Below, piece after piece: positions 12,401 through 27,400 of a stretch of 64,000 nt of DNA (its first letter is position 1; every line of letters begins with the position of its first letter). The notes beneath the pieces were generated by a model, which ran no database searches, was not told the DNA's origin, and saw nothing but the letters and a program-made list of their open reading frames with translations. Source of the DNA: Mytilus trossulus. Its lineage: Eukaryota. The stretch is from the NCBI RefSeq assembly GCF_036588685.1, contig NC_086384.1, forward strand, positions 31,062,001-31,126,000, in the 5' to 3' direction. Both the position numbers and the translations under genes were made by a program.

Positions 12401-15400
12401 GAATATGCTTGATTAACATAATGGGTGTATCAAATATCATTCTGTATATAATTGATAATCATGTTTCACAAATTAAAGTTGAATGAAAAAAAGTTATAAT
12501 AAATAATGAAAATAATGAGTTCTTTTAATCGAGCAATCTTTATGTGTAAGGTATAAAAAATTATTTTTTTCTAAATATAATGTTGGTTTTTGAGTTTTTA
12601 AAACTCTCAGCATTGAATTTCTGAAACAAAATAAAGGTTTGATTAACATGCATGACGGCAAACATCTTACTTGCATATTTTTCTATTAATTTATATTTGT
12701 TTTTTTTTGGAACGATTATTTTTTCAAAAAAAACAAAACATTATTCGAACGTTTTAAGAATGTTAGTAAAGTAACGTTAACAAATAACTAATATTAAACG
12801 TTTCTACAACGTATTATTTGTAACATAACCAAACTGAAACTTCTACACAACGTTAAAACAAAACGTTCCTAGAACGTTGTATTGTAACGTTTCATTTTAG
12901 CGTTCTTACAACGTTAGTGTAACGTCAAGGTCCGAAATAACCTTATAGGAACCAATCCACAACGCTCTTAAAACGTTATGTGTTTAGTCGGGATAGCTAT
13001 CCTAAATAGGCGCCTTGTATAAAGTTGTCTCAGTCATATCTAAGTGTAATTAACTTCATTTACTTGGAAATAGTTTTGATTTGAGATCGTAGATGGTACA
13101 GTGTATCTATGAAAAAAATATTCAATCACGTGTTTTCAATTTTTTGTTCTACTAGGATATTGACATACTTAAAATAAATGTCTTATGTTGATACTCGATT
13201 TGATGGTTTGTTCATTAGATATATGAGTTTGAGTTTAAATAGAGTTTAACACCTATCTCCTTGTATTCATAATAATCAAGGAAAGTTTTAATTGTATGTT
13301 TCATCGTATCACAACAAACACATATATATACATATCCCTTGATTGAATAAGGCCAATATGAAACAAATTGTTAACTTTTATTCAAGTTTAATACTTTATT
13401 TCAGAATGTGTAAATCCAGGAAATGTGACAAATGCTGTGTTTACGTTTGTAATAGAAAACGGTCACATGATTTTCTATTACGAATGTGAAGATGAACTGC
13501 ATTTAATTGGTGATAATTCTCTACAATGCCAATCAACTTCAGACTGGACTCAACAAAAGTTTGCCTGTAGTAGTATGTATTTTCTTGTTATTGATGTTTT
13601 TTATATATATATTTTTGATTGAAGTAATATGCGTGATTTATAATATCATATTCACATTGCTGCTTTTTTTATATACATATTTGACTGAAATAATATGCAT
13701 GATTTATTTATATCATATTCACATTAATGTTTTTGTTTTATATATTGGACTGAAATAATATGCATGATTCCATAATATATTATTTACATTTGGATTTTTT
13801 TATTGATCATTAATTGTTCAATGGATGCATTATTCCACGTTGTCTTGTATAATTCACCAAAATGGCACTTATATACAAATATATATGTCTTAAACTTATT
13901 GTTACACGCTTTTAAATTTCAATGATCTGACACATATTTTATAGTATCATATATGTTTTTTATATCATAGGGATGAGGCTAGAAAAAAATTACACATAAT
14001 TTCACAACTCTCAAGGATGTTGCACAACGCCTTTTTTCTATTAACCTTTATTATAGCATGTCCTCAGCCAGATCATATTTCACAAACTTCTGTCATAGTT
14101 GAGGTTAGTCAATACAATCGCATTGTTAAATATCAATGTGAAAATGGGACAATTGGAGCGGGAAATATCACGTGTCAGTCTGATTTGACATGGACAGCAC
14201 CTTACTTTACGTGCAGTGGTAAGCACCTTTTTATGATTGGAAACTTACTCTGATATTATATTGCATTATTTGATTTTGTCTATGTTTAGTATCTTAAAGT
14301 TTGTCTTTTTTCTTAAAAAAACCAGCAAAAACGACATAAGTAATAAACGATGTACTGTGTTAGTTTTGAAGTCGCGAACCGAGTAAATCCTTAGTTTACA
14401 CTCGGTTTTCAGAAACTGGAATGTCAGCCATTAAATTCAAATCATTATAGACACAACTAAAATACTTTACAATCGTTGATCACATGCATAACCATGAGTA
14501 TTCCAGAGGATTTTTTACTGATATATTCAGTATAAGTACTTAAAACTATCAATAACCAGTTTGTTCCAAGTTTTGATTAAAATAACAAAGTCATAATCAG
14601 ATTTGTAAAGAACAAACAATATTTAAGGATCTCAAACTACTCCAGACTCATTTGATGCATCATATTCACATTTCATTACCAAGTAAATAAATATATACCG
14701 AAACAGTCTCAGTCAATTAGTTTTTTTTTCTATTATCTTCTTGCTTTTAAAATAAATTCAAAATTAAACAATGTGTTATAGAGTTTGATAAGAAATATGA
14801 TTCTACTGAATTTTTTTTTATTAAAGAACAACAAAAACATTCTGGGTTGATAAAGGCAGAATAGCCTTTAAATCCTTTTATAATTGAGTCAATGGAACAG
14901 AAAAAACAAATGATGACAACCAACTCTATAACTGACATTGTGTTACTGAGATTTATAATGATAATTGCAGTTTGGAATTGTTCTCCATCATATGTTTATA
15001 CGTTTTTTGGTCACATCAATATATATTTGATGGATCAAGAATGACAGTAAAATGAAATGACATATTTTACTGAATAATAATCAATTCCTGTACATGTAAA
15101 ATAATAATGAAATTAGCTAACTCTATACATTCCCTTTAAAAAGCGTAATCTAGTTTTGCAAAATTAAAATTTCGAAGTTACCGGCTAAATACTTAAATTT
15201 TAACTATATATAACAAATGCAACAGCTGTAGGTCAATAGTAAATAGCAATCATACGGTGTTATAATTCATAATTTTGACATAAGCCGATACAAATTGCAT
15301 ATTTATTAATCATTTTACCCACTTTTATTTTAACACATTACGTAACATTTTTTTCAATTTTGTAGGATGTCCTGACCCTACAGAAATAGCTGCTGCAATT

Positions 15401-18400
15401 TATTCATTTAAAACCACATTGGATATAACATATTTAACCTATGAATGTGAACATGGACTAAATTTAGTTGGAAATGGTTCTTTTGAATGCCAGAATGACA
15501 AAACATGGAGTCAACAGAAATTCGTATGTACTTGTAAGTAAGAAATTAAAACAAACGGAAGTCTAAGGCATTTGTTAGTCAAGGAAACATTAACCTAACA
15601 AAACAGATTAAAAAATGATACATAAAGAACTACAATAGCTCAGAGAAAAACAATGTTCATACTGTGTGGCAAATATTTAATTTATTTCTATAATAAGATA
15701 CTACAAAATGGTTATTGAGATCTGATTGACTGTGAATTCAACCGAATGAGTTCAGAAAACGTTGCATTAAGAAAGGATATAAGTTTATATACGCAATGAA
15801 AATTCCTTTCGCAGTAAGCTTTTTAAATACTATAAATCTTTACCTTATTTGATTGCGAGTACAAACACACACATGGAATGTCACTTTTTACACTATTGTT
15901 CTGTTTAAGTGTACACCACGTTTTTGTTGGCAAATGATGTAAACACCATAGTGCAATCGACATATACAAATCGAGTTAAAAATATTTTAGTTTGCAAGCT
16001 AACTATTTCTAAAATGTAATAATTCAATTTTGGATGTAACGCGTCTTCTGATTTGCTGACGTTATTTTGTTATAAGCCCAAAGACATAATTTAGTCATGT
16101 GACCGTGACGTCATCAACGTTTTTTCATTTTTTTTCTACGGTTAAAAAAAAAATTAGAATTGAATTATAAAAAATGACTGTAATATTTGTTGTGTCTATT
16201 CGAAAAAACATAGAAAAATTAGGTGCACACTGTTAATAACCCGTTACGCGCGTTATTCAGTGTGCACCACATTTTTTATGTTATTTCTTCATAGACAGAA
16301 AAAAATATTACAGTCATTCATTCCTTAAATAATTTCCTTCTTCAAAAACACTTTAGCTAGTTATCAAGGGTACCAGTATTATAGCAAGTGTTAATCTTAA
16401 TTTTCTACAATGTCGTCAAATAACGCTTATTTTCAGTGATAGTTCTTCAATATTAATGTTGTCAGTTTAGTTAAATTTAAACATAATTATTTATAATAGT
16501 GGATTGGGAAACAAGTTTTGCAACTCATATCAATCCCTTTCCACTTTACGGGTGGTATTGCTGTCTTGTAGCGGCATTAGCCTGCTCTTTTTCGAAATCT
16601 ACAAGGAGTTTTAACGTGCAAGAGATATGGCTCTCCCTTAACACGTTGTCAGTTTATAAAGACTTCCTGCATGAGTTAATAATTTGACTGACTATGATAG
16701 TTTAATCAAAGTACTGCCATGCACACCAAGAAATATCAAATGTGTTGCTTGCATGATTGATAAATTGGAATGCAAAAGTTCAGTCGAAATTCGTGCGAAC
16801 GTTTTGTCCTTCATGCTCTTCAGTTTTGCACTTTATCTGGGTTTTTTTTGTTCGTTTGTCACTGATGATGACATTTTTTGTAGGCGAAATACCCGACTGA
16901 CTGTAACAAATTAAGTCTGGTATATATGACGAATTTAGTAATTCAACTTAATAAACAACCTTCATTAAACGTATTTCACAACGGTTAAAAAGCAAGAGTA
17001 ACGTTTTACTACTGTTTAGAGAAATTTTAGTCAAATAGTGAAAGGAGCAATTTGTAAAACAAGGGAATACAATAGTCGCTGCATGTATATCATTAATCTT
17101 TTCAGCATGTTCAGAACCTACTAATATCATGAACGCAATGTACACAGTCGAACAGCTTAACAGTACCTATGCCGTTATTTATAACTGTAATGATGGATTT
17201 AATTTACTTGGAAATAGTGTTATAGAATGTCAGTCTGATGGCAGCTGGACAGATTTTCATTTTATTTGCACACGTTAGTATTCAGTAAAATGATATTAAT
17301 TTACAACACAAACTGATACAGTTCAAAACACATTATGTGAACTAAACTATTATTGTTTTATTGTTTCATTGACGTAGCCATTCAATGTTATCAACGCAGA
17401 TTGAAATTTATAAAAAAAAAATGTCGTTTCAAGAAAAACCATATGATAATACAATGAATTGTCAAATGACAATGCAGCTCTTCTTTTCTTTATTAGTGAT
17501 TCGCTTTGGTTTTAATTTATAATTTTTAGCAGTCATCTGACATGATCATGTATTACGTTTTATTGATACATGTATGATGTGATTTAATATTAATCGTAAT
17601 TGTTGAATGATCATCCAAACAATTTTTAACCAAGGTTTAAAGTAAGTGGAATGTGAGGAATGGTTTTAATGGGACATCATAAAACACACAAAATGTCATC
17701 AAATAAAGCCATCAATCATTGTGTTGTGAACAAATACCTCTTCAAGCCAAAACAAGCGCTGATATGGAATACCCATTTCATGTGCACAGATGAAAACTCT
17801 GTGATCCCCATAACATTAAAAATAATCGAGGTAAAATGTTATATTTAAGAATGTGAAATATTTTGATGAATTGCCACATTTGTATACAGCTACTTTTGCA
17901 TAGGTACTATTTATGTACTATCTATGTGCCACAGATTTATACTACTGGTAATCTACTTTTAATATTCAGTACTATTGTACATGTGTTACTTACGAATTAT
18001 TGTAATATTTAAGTACCTGTATTTTACAGTACTTGATTTGTACTTGAAATTTAAGTACTACAGATTTTTGATTGCAAGGTTACATTTTCAGCATTTTGAA
18101 CGTTTGTCTTTTTCAAATCTCATGAAGTTATGATGTTCAAACATGGAATACTGTGATCAGTGTTGGCATCATTTTTATACCAATACATTGATTACACATG
18201 AAGTGCTGGAAAATACAGGTACTCAAATATTACAATAATTTTAAAGTAAAGAATTAGTACTAAATATTACAAGTAAATTTCCAGTACTACAGATGATAAG
18301 TACAGAAGTAAAACCTATGCACAAGTAGCTGTTTAAGTTGCATTTGTATTCTTGTGTAGTTATTTGTTTCATATACGTATTCAGAATGTACAGATCCTCA

Positions 18401-21400
18401 TGAAATCCCAGATGCAACCTTTGAGGTAGTGCATGGGGATAGTAACGTGGTTTATGAATGCGATGTAGGGTTGAATTTAATTGGAAACCAAAATATTGAG
18501 TGTCAGTCAGATGGAAACTGGACTGACCGTTCTTTCATATGCACAGGTAAGATACATAACTAGGATAACGCAAATAATTGAATATTAGAACAAATCAAGA
18601 GAAGACATTTTGTAGCATGGCAATAAACCAATTTCAATATGAATTACCGAAATAATACACCTTATCACTAATCCCGGCTGACCCGGCCACTTGAACTTTT
18701 GACGTCAACAACTATCCCTTTTCCATTGGGTCGTCATAAATCATTTTTTTTATGACGTCAACATTTTAATAGAACCTGTGTGATATCCAGTAATGGAGGA
18801 CAAATAGCGATAAGGTGTATACCTTTGAGATATAGTAATTGTTTTAAAAAATACATGTTAAACCAAAGCACTCTTTTTACTATTTTTCATTTCCTTCTAA
18901 TAGTTAAATAAACTTGATATGTGCATTTATTCATATTATATACCACAATGTTTGAAATGGTACATTTATCTACCATCAAGAATGACATATTTCACATGTT
19001 TAACAATAAAAAAACGTTGCGATTTATTACCTGACATGGGGTATTTAGTCAGGTATTAAACATAGCAATAATAAACACAAGGGATTATACAACTTATCCA
19101 TTAGAAATTGAATAATCATATTTTTACAATACAGTATGCTCAGAACCAGCAGATGTCATGAATGCCATGTATACAGTAGAAAAGTTAAACAGTAACTATA
19201 CCGTTATTTATAAATGTGATGAGGAATTCAATTTACTTGGAAATAATGTCATAGAATGTCAGCCTGATGGCAACTGGACGGATCATAACTTTATTTGCAC
19301 AAGTTAGTATTTATGTTAAAATATACTGAAACAGAAAACAAACCACTATATGCTATGTTTATTCTATATATTGAACCATCACTTATTGAATGCAAAGATG
19401 ACTTGGCATCAACGACAACTCCATTTTTTATAAATTGACAAGAATTTATTATTTTTATAGGTCTATCAGAATGACTTTGTATGCTAGAATCTGTTTTTAA
19501 AACGTCAATTTGTTTAGGTGTTAACGAAGATTTAATGCGACTAAATTGTGCAATCCAATTCCTTTTATCTTTAAGACTTTTAAAAATATCAAAAGAAGTT
19601 TTAAAGGATTTATTGTTTAAGTCCCATATATCTTTTATTTTTTTTTATTCCACTGGAGGCAAAGTTTGCATAATATAATGCATGTCCCTTGAACTTAAAT
19701 TTACAATTGCCGAAAATATTTTCTTCTTAAAGGTCCTCTTTTTGGAATTTCTGTAAGTCGGTCCAGGAAATTAAGAGTTCTTTATAATATTTGGACATTT
19801 GTATTTGCCTAAAACATGTAGTGTCCGAACAAGAACATATAAAAAAATCTGTATCATATTTTTTACGTCTAGTGACGTTAACCAGTATTTTCCTATTGCA
19901 TTCCATTTTTGTGTTTTTGAGTTGACAATACTGTACATACTTTTCACTTGTTTTGATTTAATAAAGTCTCTTCAGTTTATCATTCCTACCCCCCCCTTTT
20001 TTTTCTTTCGGTAAACATCACACTGTTCTAGCGATTTGGGTTGTTTTCCCATCCCATATAAAGGACCATATAATATTATTTATTTGTTTTTTATTTAATC
20101 CGGGATACCTCTCATTTCAACTTCGTATCCAATGACGGACAGTACAAAGGATTTAATAATTAAAACCTTTCCGTAAATGTGAGATCTCTTGATTTCCAAA
20201 CTTCCATACAGCTTTTTAGCTCACCTGGCCCAAAGGGCCAAGTGAGCTTTTCACATCACTTGGCGTCCGGCGTCCGTCGTCCGTCGTCCGTCGTCGTCCG
20301 GCGTTAGCTTTTACAAAAATCTTCTCCTCTGAAACTACTGGGCCAAATTTAACGAAACTTGGCCACAATCATCCTTGGGGTATCTAGTTTAAAAACCTGT
20401 GGCTTGACCCGGTCAACCAACCAAGATGGCCGCCATGGCTTAAAACAGAAGATAGGTGGTCAAATGTAGATTTTGGCTTATAACTCTGAAATCAAAGCGT
20501 AAAATTGTTTATCAGGTCAAGATCTATCTGCCCTGAAATTTTCGGACAAATCGGACAACCGATTGTTGGGTTGCTGCCCCTAAATTGGCAATTTTAAGGA
20601 AATTTTACTGTTTTTTGGCTATTATCTCGAATATTATTATAGATAGAGATAAACTGTAAACCGCAATAATGTTCAGCAAAATAAGATCTACAAATAAGTT
20701 AAATGACTGAAATGGTCAGTTGACCCCTTAAGGAGTTATTGCCCTTTATAGTCATTTTTTACCAATTTTTCCTAAATTTTTGTTATCTTTTACAAAAATC
20801 TTCTCCTCTGAAACTACTGGGCCAAATCAAACCAAACTTGGCCACAATCATCATTGGGGTATCTAGTTTAAAAAATGTGTGGCGTGAACCGGCCAACTAA
20901 TCAAGATGGCTGCCATGGCTAAAAATAGAACATACGGGTAAAATTTAGATTTTGGTTTATAACTCAGAAACCAAAGCAATAAGAGCAAATCTGACATGGG
21001 TAAATTTGTTATTCAGGTAAAGATCTATCTGCCCTGAAATTTTCAGACGAATCGTACAACTTGGTGTTGGGTTGCTGCCCCAGAATTGGTAATTTTAGGG
21101 AAATTTTGCTGTTTTTGGTTATTATCTTGAATATTATTGTAGATAGAGATAAACTGTAAACAGCAATAATGTTCAGCGAAGTAAGATTTACAAATAAGTC
21201 TACATGACCAAAATGGTCAATTGGGTCCCTAAGGAGATATTGTCCTTTATAAACAATTTTCATAAATTTGTAAATTTTTACTACCGGTAACATTTTCCAC
21301 AGAAAATACTGGGCCAAGTTCATTATAGATAGTGATAATTGTAAGTAGCAAGAATGTTCAGTAAAGTAAGATGTACAAACATATCACCATCACCAAAACA

Positions 21401-24400
21401 CAACTTTTTCATGAATCCATCCGATTCCTTTGTTTAATATTCACATAGACCAAGGTGAGCGACACAGGCTCTTTAGAGCCTCTAGTTATTTTATTTATTG
21501 TTTCTAACCAAATTTGATCTAAGTCCACCACGTATCCATGTAGAACCCCTAGTGCGTTCACAGGACGCTTAGACCATTTAATTTTATTAAATTTTGGTTT
21601 TTTATTTCGCCACTTGCCTAAATACATGCCAACAGTCTTATCCATATTCATTTTAGCCCCCGAAGCATTTTCGTACAGTTTTAAAGTTTTAAATGATTCT
21701 TCGATAGACTCCTCGCTTTTATTAAAGAGTTGAGTATCGTCAGCAAACATATTTAGCTTTGTTTCAATAAAGTCCCCAGTTCTAGTAGGAAGTTTTATTC
21801 CTTTTATATAAGGGTTGTTTCTAATTGATGCTGCAAGTGGTTCTGCTTGCAGGATATATAACATCGGGGCTATTGTGCATCCTTGACGAATTGAACGGGT
21901 TATACCTACGAATATAGACGTAAACCCATTCGTATGAATGCACGTCTTAGCGTTAATGAAAAGCATTTTTACCCAACTCCTGAATTTTCCCCCAAACCCA
22001 AATTTTAATAAGCAAAAATCGATCCATTCCCATTCCTCCCTATCAAATGCTTTTTGTTGATCTAAAAATAATATCGCACCCTCCTCATCTTCTAACTCAC
22101 AAAAATCTATAACATCTTGTAATAATCTATTGCCTTGAAAAATGTTGCGCCCTTTGACAAACCCTTTTTGATCGAAATCAATTATTTGCGGTAATACATT
22201 TTTTAACCTTTCCGCGAGTACTTTTGAAATAATTTTATAATCCGTGTTCAAAAGCGTTATAGGACGCCAATTTTTTATGTCTTCTCTCTCCCCAGACTTA
22301 AACATAAGCGTTAGCATACCTCTGTATTGGGATTCACAGAGCAAATTGTTGTCAAACATTTCTTGAATAACCGCCCCGAAGTCGTCGCTTATCAAATACC
22401 AATACGTTTTGTAAAATTCATTCGCAATTCTGTCTTCCCAAGGGGATTTATCAAGTTTCAAAATTTTAACGGCCTTACTTATTTCATCTAAAGATATTTC
22501 AATTTCACACATTTTTTTTATTTTCCTCACTTAGTTTACGATCTATATTTTGTAATAGATTTTCTGCAGCATCCCTATCCCATCCCACGGATATAAATAA
22601 TTGTTTGTAAAAAGACACGTGTTCTTCTAGGATAGATTCTATATCGTCCTTATACCTTCCGTCTGAACCTTTTATTCTAGTCCATAATTTTTCAGCACCC
22701 CTCTTTTTTCGAGTTTAAAGAAGAACCCAGTAATTTTTCGTCTTTCTCGTACCAGTTAACATTTGACCTAATTCTGGCTGCCTCAGCTTTTTGGGCATAA
22801 TAATCTTTCATTTTTACTTTCAAATTATTTAATTCGTTTTCCTTTTTGATAGGATGGGTTCCCGTTATATTATCTAACCTTTTTTCCCACTCCCTTACTT
22901 GTTTTTCTGTTATGTTTAATTGCTTTGCAACTTCTATGGTTATACTTTTTATCTTTATCTTAGTTTCCTCCCACCATTCTAGATTATTTTCGAACTGATT
23001 TTTTTTTAATTTCCAGTTCCCCCAAAAGCTTTCGATCGTGGTCACTGAACGGAAAATAAACTAGTTTTACCTGTTGTGATTTATTTTGAAGCTCACTACT
23101 TATAAATAATCAATTCGTGACCTTGAATTACCCCGGCAAAAAGTATACTGTTTTTCTTTAGGGTATCGCTTTCTCCACACGTCTATTAACTCATTATGTT
23201 CAACAAAAGTTTTTAATTCGTGTGATCCTATGTCGTCTCGTACAGGCACTGGTTTTCGATCTAAATTTTTAAGCGCACAATTAAAATCTCCAAGAACGAT
23301 ATTTTTATAATTGTTATCAATAAGCAAGATTAGGAGCATAAACATTGTAAAGAAAAATCCCGTTATTACCTGGGGTTTTAACATGCACAGAAATTGTTCT
23401 ACGAATGCTATCCCGTCCGGTTTCAGTAATTTCAAATTTAAATTTTTCAGAGAAAAGAATAGCTACCCCTTTTGAATAACTTGATCCATGATTCCAAAAA
23501 CTCTCCCCCTTCCATTCCTTTTTCCATTGCGTTTCGACATCGCTAGAGCTATGTGTTTCTTGTAAGCATATTACATCAATGTTTTTCTTTTTACACCAAT
23601 AATTATTGTCTACCATACCATTGACATTTAAACTAACAATATATATCGACATAATACAAAGTTATATAGTGAAATAATGCTTTCTTATGTTCATTCATTT
23701 TACGTGCTATAATATATATATATAAAAAAAATATTTATACACAAATATATGAATAGAAAGTCTCAACAAATGTACAATCGTAATATTCTTTTCTTACATA
23801 TGACACCGTCACAGTTGACTGGGGTGAGCATACACCCGTAACCGTTATTTTCAACTATAATTAAGTAAACCACTTTATTCTTTTTTCCAACTTGTGAACT
23901 AGGCCGAAGCCCGCATGGGTTTCTAAAAATAATCATGGAACTTTTGTTTTCTTCGATCAAAAAAGAAAATAAACATGTTGTATACTTTACTTTTTCATGT
24001 TTTTGACAGCATATTTGCAGTTTCATCGTGTAGTTAACGTTGGTGAACATACACAAGTTACAACTATTCATTGAAATTTTAATAAATTTTACATTAAAAG
24101 GTCGTAGTTCATGACATAACCCACGTGTGTCCATGTAAATAAAAATTCACATAGGAATTTTACAAACTGTTTAAAAATAGCATTGATTTGAAAGTTATTG
24201 ACAAACTTGAATTTTACAGATGCATTATAGCAATTTAGATTTTGACAACAATAAAAAAATCATGTACTATATATATTGTGAATAGTTAGTTAATATGATT
24301 TGGGCATCTTGGTAACTTGCTTCTCGCTTGAGTCAGGAGTGGAACTAGAACTTCGAATACGTTTTTTACTCGGGGTTTCATAATCACCTTCACACTCTGA

Positions 24401-27400
24401 ATTTATAAAGTCCTCAAAAATATTTTCCATCAATTCTGTACCGGATTTGCTGATATGAACCACACTTGGGTCATTCAAGTCAAACAGTGTACGGAACGGT
24501 GTTTTGTTTGGAGCAAATTTGTCCCATAGATCAATATATTTTAGCACTTGACTTTTTACACAGAGTTTTTGTGTAAAGCTTTTTACAGACCTCGCTGCTG
24601 TATTTAATGCTTGTATAGAGCTGCCCTTGTTCCTTCTTGGTAGAATGCTGCAGATACCAATGCGTGCATTTGGGTATTTTTTTTTAGTTTATCTATGCAT
24701 GTACTAAGGTTTGCCGTTATTTGCTCGGTGTCACTTCTGTGCTTACTGATGTCATTTGTCCTTAAATTATGATAAAATCACATTTTACAGTAAATCATGT
24801 ATAGGTAAATTGAATAGGGATACAATAAATTAAAAAAAAGTATGAATCAATTAAACGTATTTTCTGAACAGCATGATATTGACATATTGATAGTCTTTTA
24901 GACCAACAAAACAAAACTAATTTGATTAATTTCTCAATTTATGTGCATTGCGTCAGCACTTAGTCTAGTGATTAAAAACATCTTACAAACATTCCGCCAA
25001 AAGATATATGAACGACGAAATTTTAGTGATATATTAAATGAACCAGGTTTTTATAAGCCTCTTTCAAAGAGTCATTCATGTTTTCAGACTGTCCTGATCC
25101 ACCAAATATTTTGAATGCTGCTTTAGATACAGCGAAAATACGCCATGACAACGTAAATTTGACTTATATATGTAATGATGGTTATTATTTAGTTGGTACG
25201 GAAACTATTGCATGTCAGGCAAATTTAACCTGGTCTCCGTCCATGTTTGTTTGTACAGGTATGTAAACATATGTTAACTTGTCCTACGTGAGGAACCTAA
25301 AGTTGTCGTTAGTTGATGTTGTTAATACGTTTTTCTCGTTTGTAGTTTTTTATATTTTTTGGCTTCCTCGAATAATTGTTCACTAGTTATCTTGGGGCCC
25401 GTTGTAGCTTATTGTTCGGAGTGATCTAAGACTCCGGGGTCCGTGTTAAAGACCATACTTTGACCAAAATGGTTTTTTTCTTTCAAAAAAATTGTGACTT
25501 GGATATAGAGTTGTCTCATTGACACTTCTACAACATCTTCTTATATCTATATCAATTGAGTTGTTTTTGCATATTTCATTATTCAGGACAATCATTACAT
25601 CAATTGAGCTAAACACATCAATGTTTCTATCTCAAAATTAAAGAGTCACGTCAAATTATTTATTTCATTACGAATTTTTACACTGTATCCATAAGAAAGG
25701 AATCAGTAATGGTCTCAAATTTTTACACTGTAGTCATACGAAAGGAATCAGTAATGGTCGCCAATTTTTACACTGTAGTCAGAAGAAAGGAATCAGTAAT
25801 GGTTTCAAATTTTTACACTGTAGTCAGAAGAAAGGAATCAGTAATGGTCTCAAACCATCCTTTATTATATAAATTCTGCTTTTAAAAAATAAGAAAGTTT
25901 AAATATAATAATAGGATTTAACAACTAAGCGCCATGGCAACAAATGATCAAAAGAATAGAAAGTAGATACATAACAAAACATAAAAAAACTAAAGACTGA
26001 ACAACACGAACTACCAATGAATTGATGTGATCGGAAGTATTGTGAACGGGTAAACACAATTCGGCACTATTTGTGAGTTAACTTTTTGTATTTGTGATTG
26101 TATAATGTGTATAACCAGATTGAGAAAGAGGCAGAATATACTTCAGGAACAATCACAACTGTTCAACTGTCAACCAACACTTACTGCATAATATTTATAG
26201 ACTAAGTTAATCGAACTCTACCATAAACCTCAGGTGATCAGGGGTACTTAACAAAGGCTAACATATTCAGGTCGTAAATGCGTGGAACCCGTCTTGTTGC
26301 TCGTGATAAGATGAGATGACTTTGAAGAAATATGATAAACGAAATAAAAGTTTGTCTTTGAGAAACGCATCATTTTATATCAGTTCAAATACTTATACTG
26401 CTTGTGCTTGACGTTTGTTTTAGTCACACAATATAACCAAGTTTATTTTAAGATCACCTAGACCTTCTGGCCAAGTAAAAAATCTTCTCTGAAACTACTG
26501 GGTCAAATTTAACCACACTTTGCCACAATCATCATTTGGTAACTAGTTAAAGAAAGGTGTCCGTTGAACCGGCCAGCCAACCAATACGGCCGTCATGGCT
26601 AAAAATAGAGCATTGGGATAAAATGTAGATTTTGGCTTAGAACTCTGAAACCAAAACATTTAGAGCAAATCTGACATTGGATGAAATTGTTAAACACATC
26701 AAGACCTTCTGCCCTGAAATTTGAAGATGAATCGGACAACCGGATGTTGGATTACCACCCCTGAATTGGTAATTTTAAGGATTTTTTTTCGTTTTTTTTT
26801 TTTATTATCTTTAATATTATTATAGATAGAGATAAACTAGAAACAATAATAATGCTAAGCAAATTAAAATCTTCAACATTGCGACATTGACATTGTATCT
26901 AATACTTACTCTTACATATTTTTTAAGCTTGTTCATATCCGCCATATATACAGAATACTACCATAGACGTTGAAGTTATTGCTGGCGATCCTGTTGTCAA
27001 ATACAGTTGTATTAATGGACTGACACAGATTGGTTTTGAATATACAGTATGTGCAAATAAAACATGGACTTTACCAACCTTCATTTGCTCAGGTATGTTG
27101 TCTGCATCGATTTGAAAAGTTAAATGGGGGTAACCTATAATGAAACGACCAACAAGTGAAAAAAAACGCTACATTTTCAACTTTTGTTTGCACTTGTATG
27201 CTTTCTGTATCGTTTAAATCAAATGAAATGATAAGCTTCAAATACTAAGAAGCAGATGTAAAAAATACATAAAAAACGTTAATTTTATAATATAAAAATC
27301 ACAGCTAAGACATTTACATGAGTACCCGCACTTGTGATAGGATTTGTTTTTAATAAAAACAAAAACGTAATCGGTTATGCCCCTTTGGTGTTCTCGTTTT

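Noticed and set aside
16855-16905. Hammerhead copy in the intron before CCP exon 13
   Set aside because: Related to the family, but stems II/III and the cleavage triplet are degenerate; treated as a dead repeat fragment.
25673-25853. CRISPR-like array
   Set aside because: Contiguous 45-bp tandem units with no unique spacers, in a eukaryotic intron.
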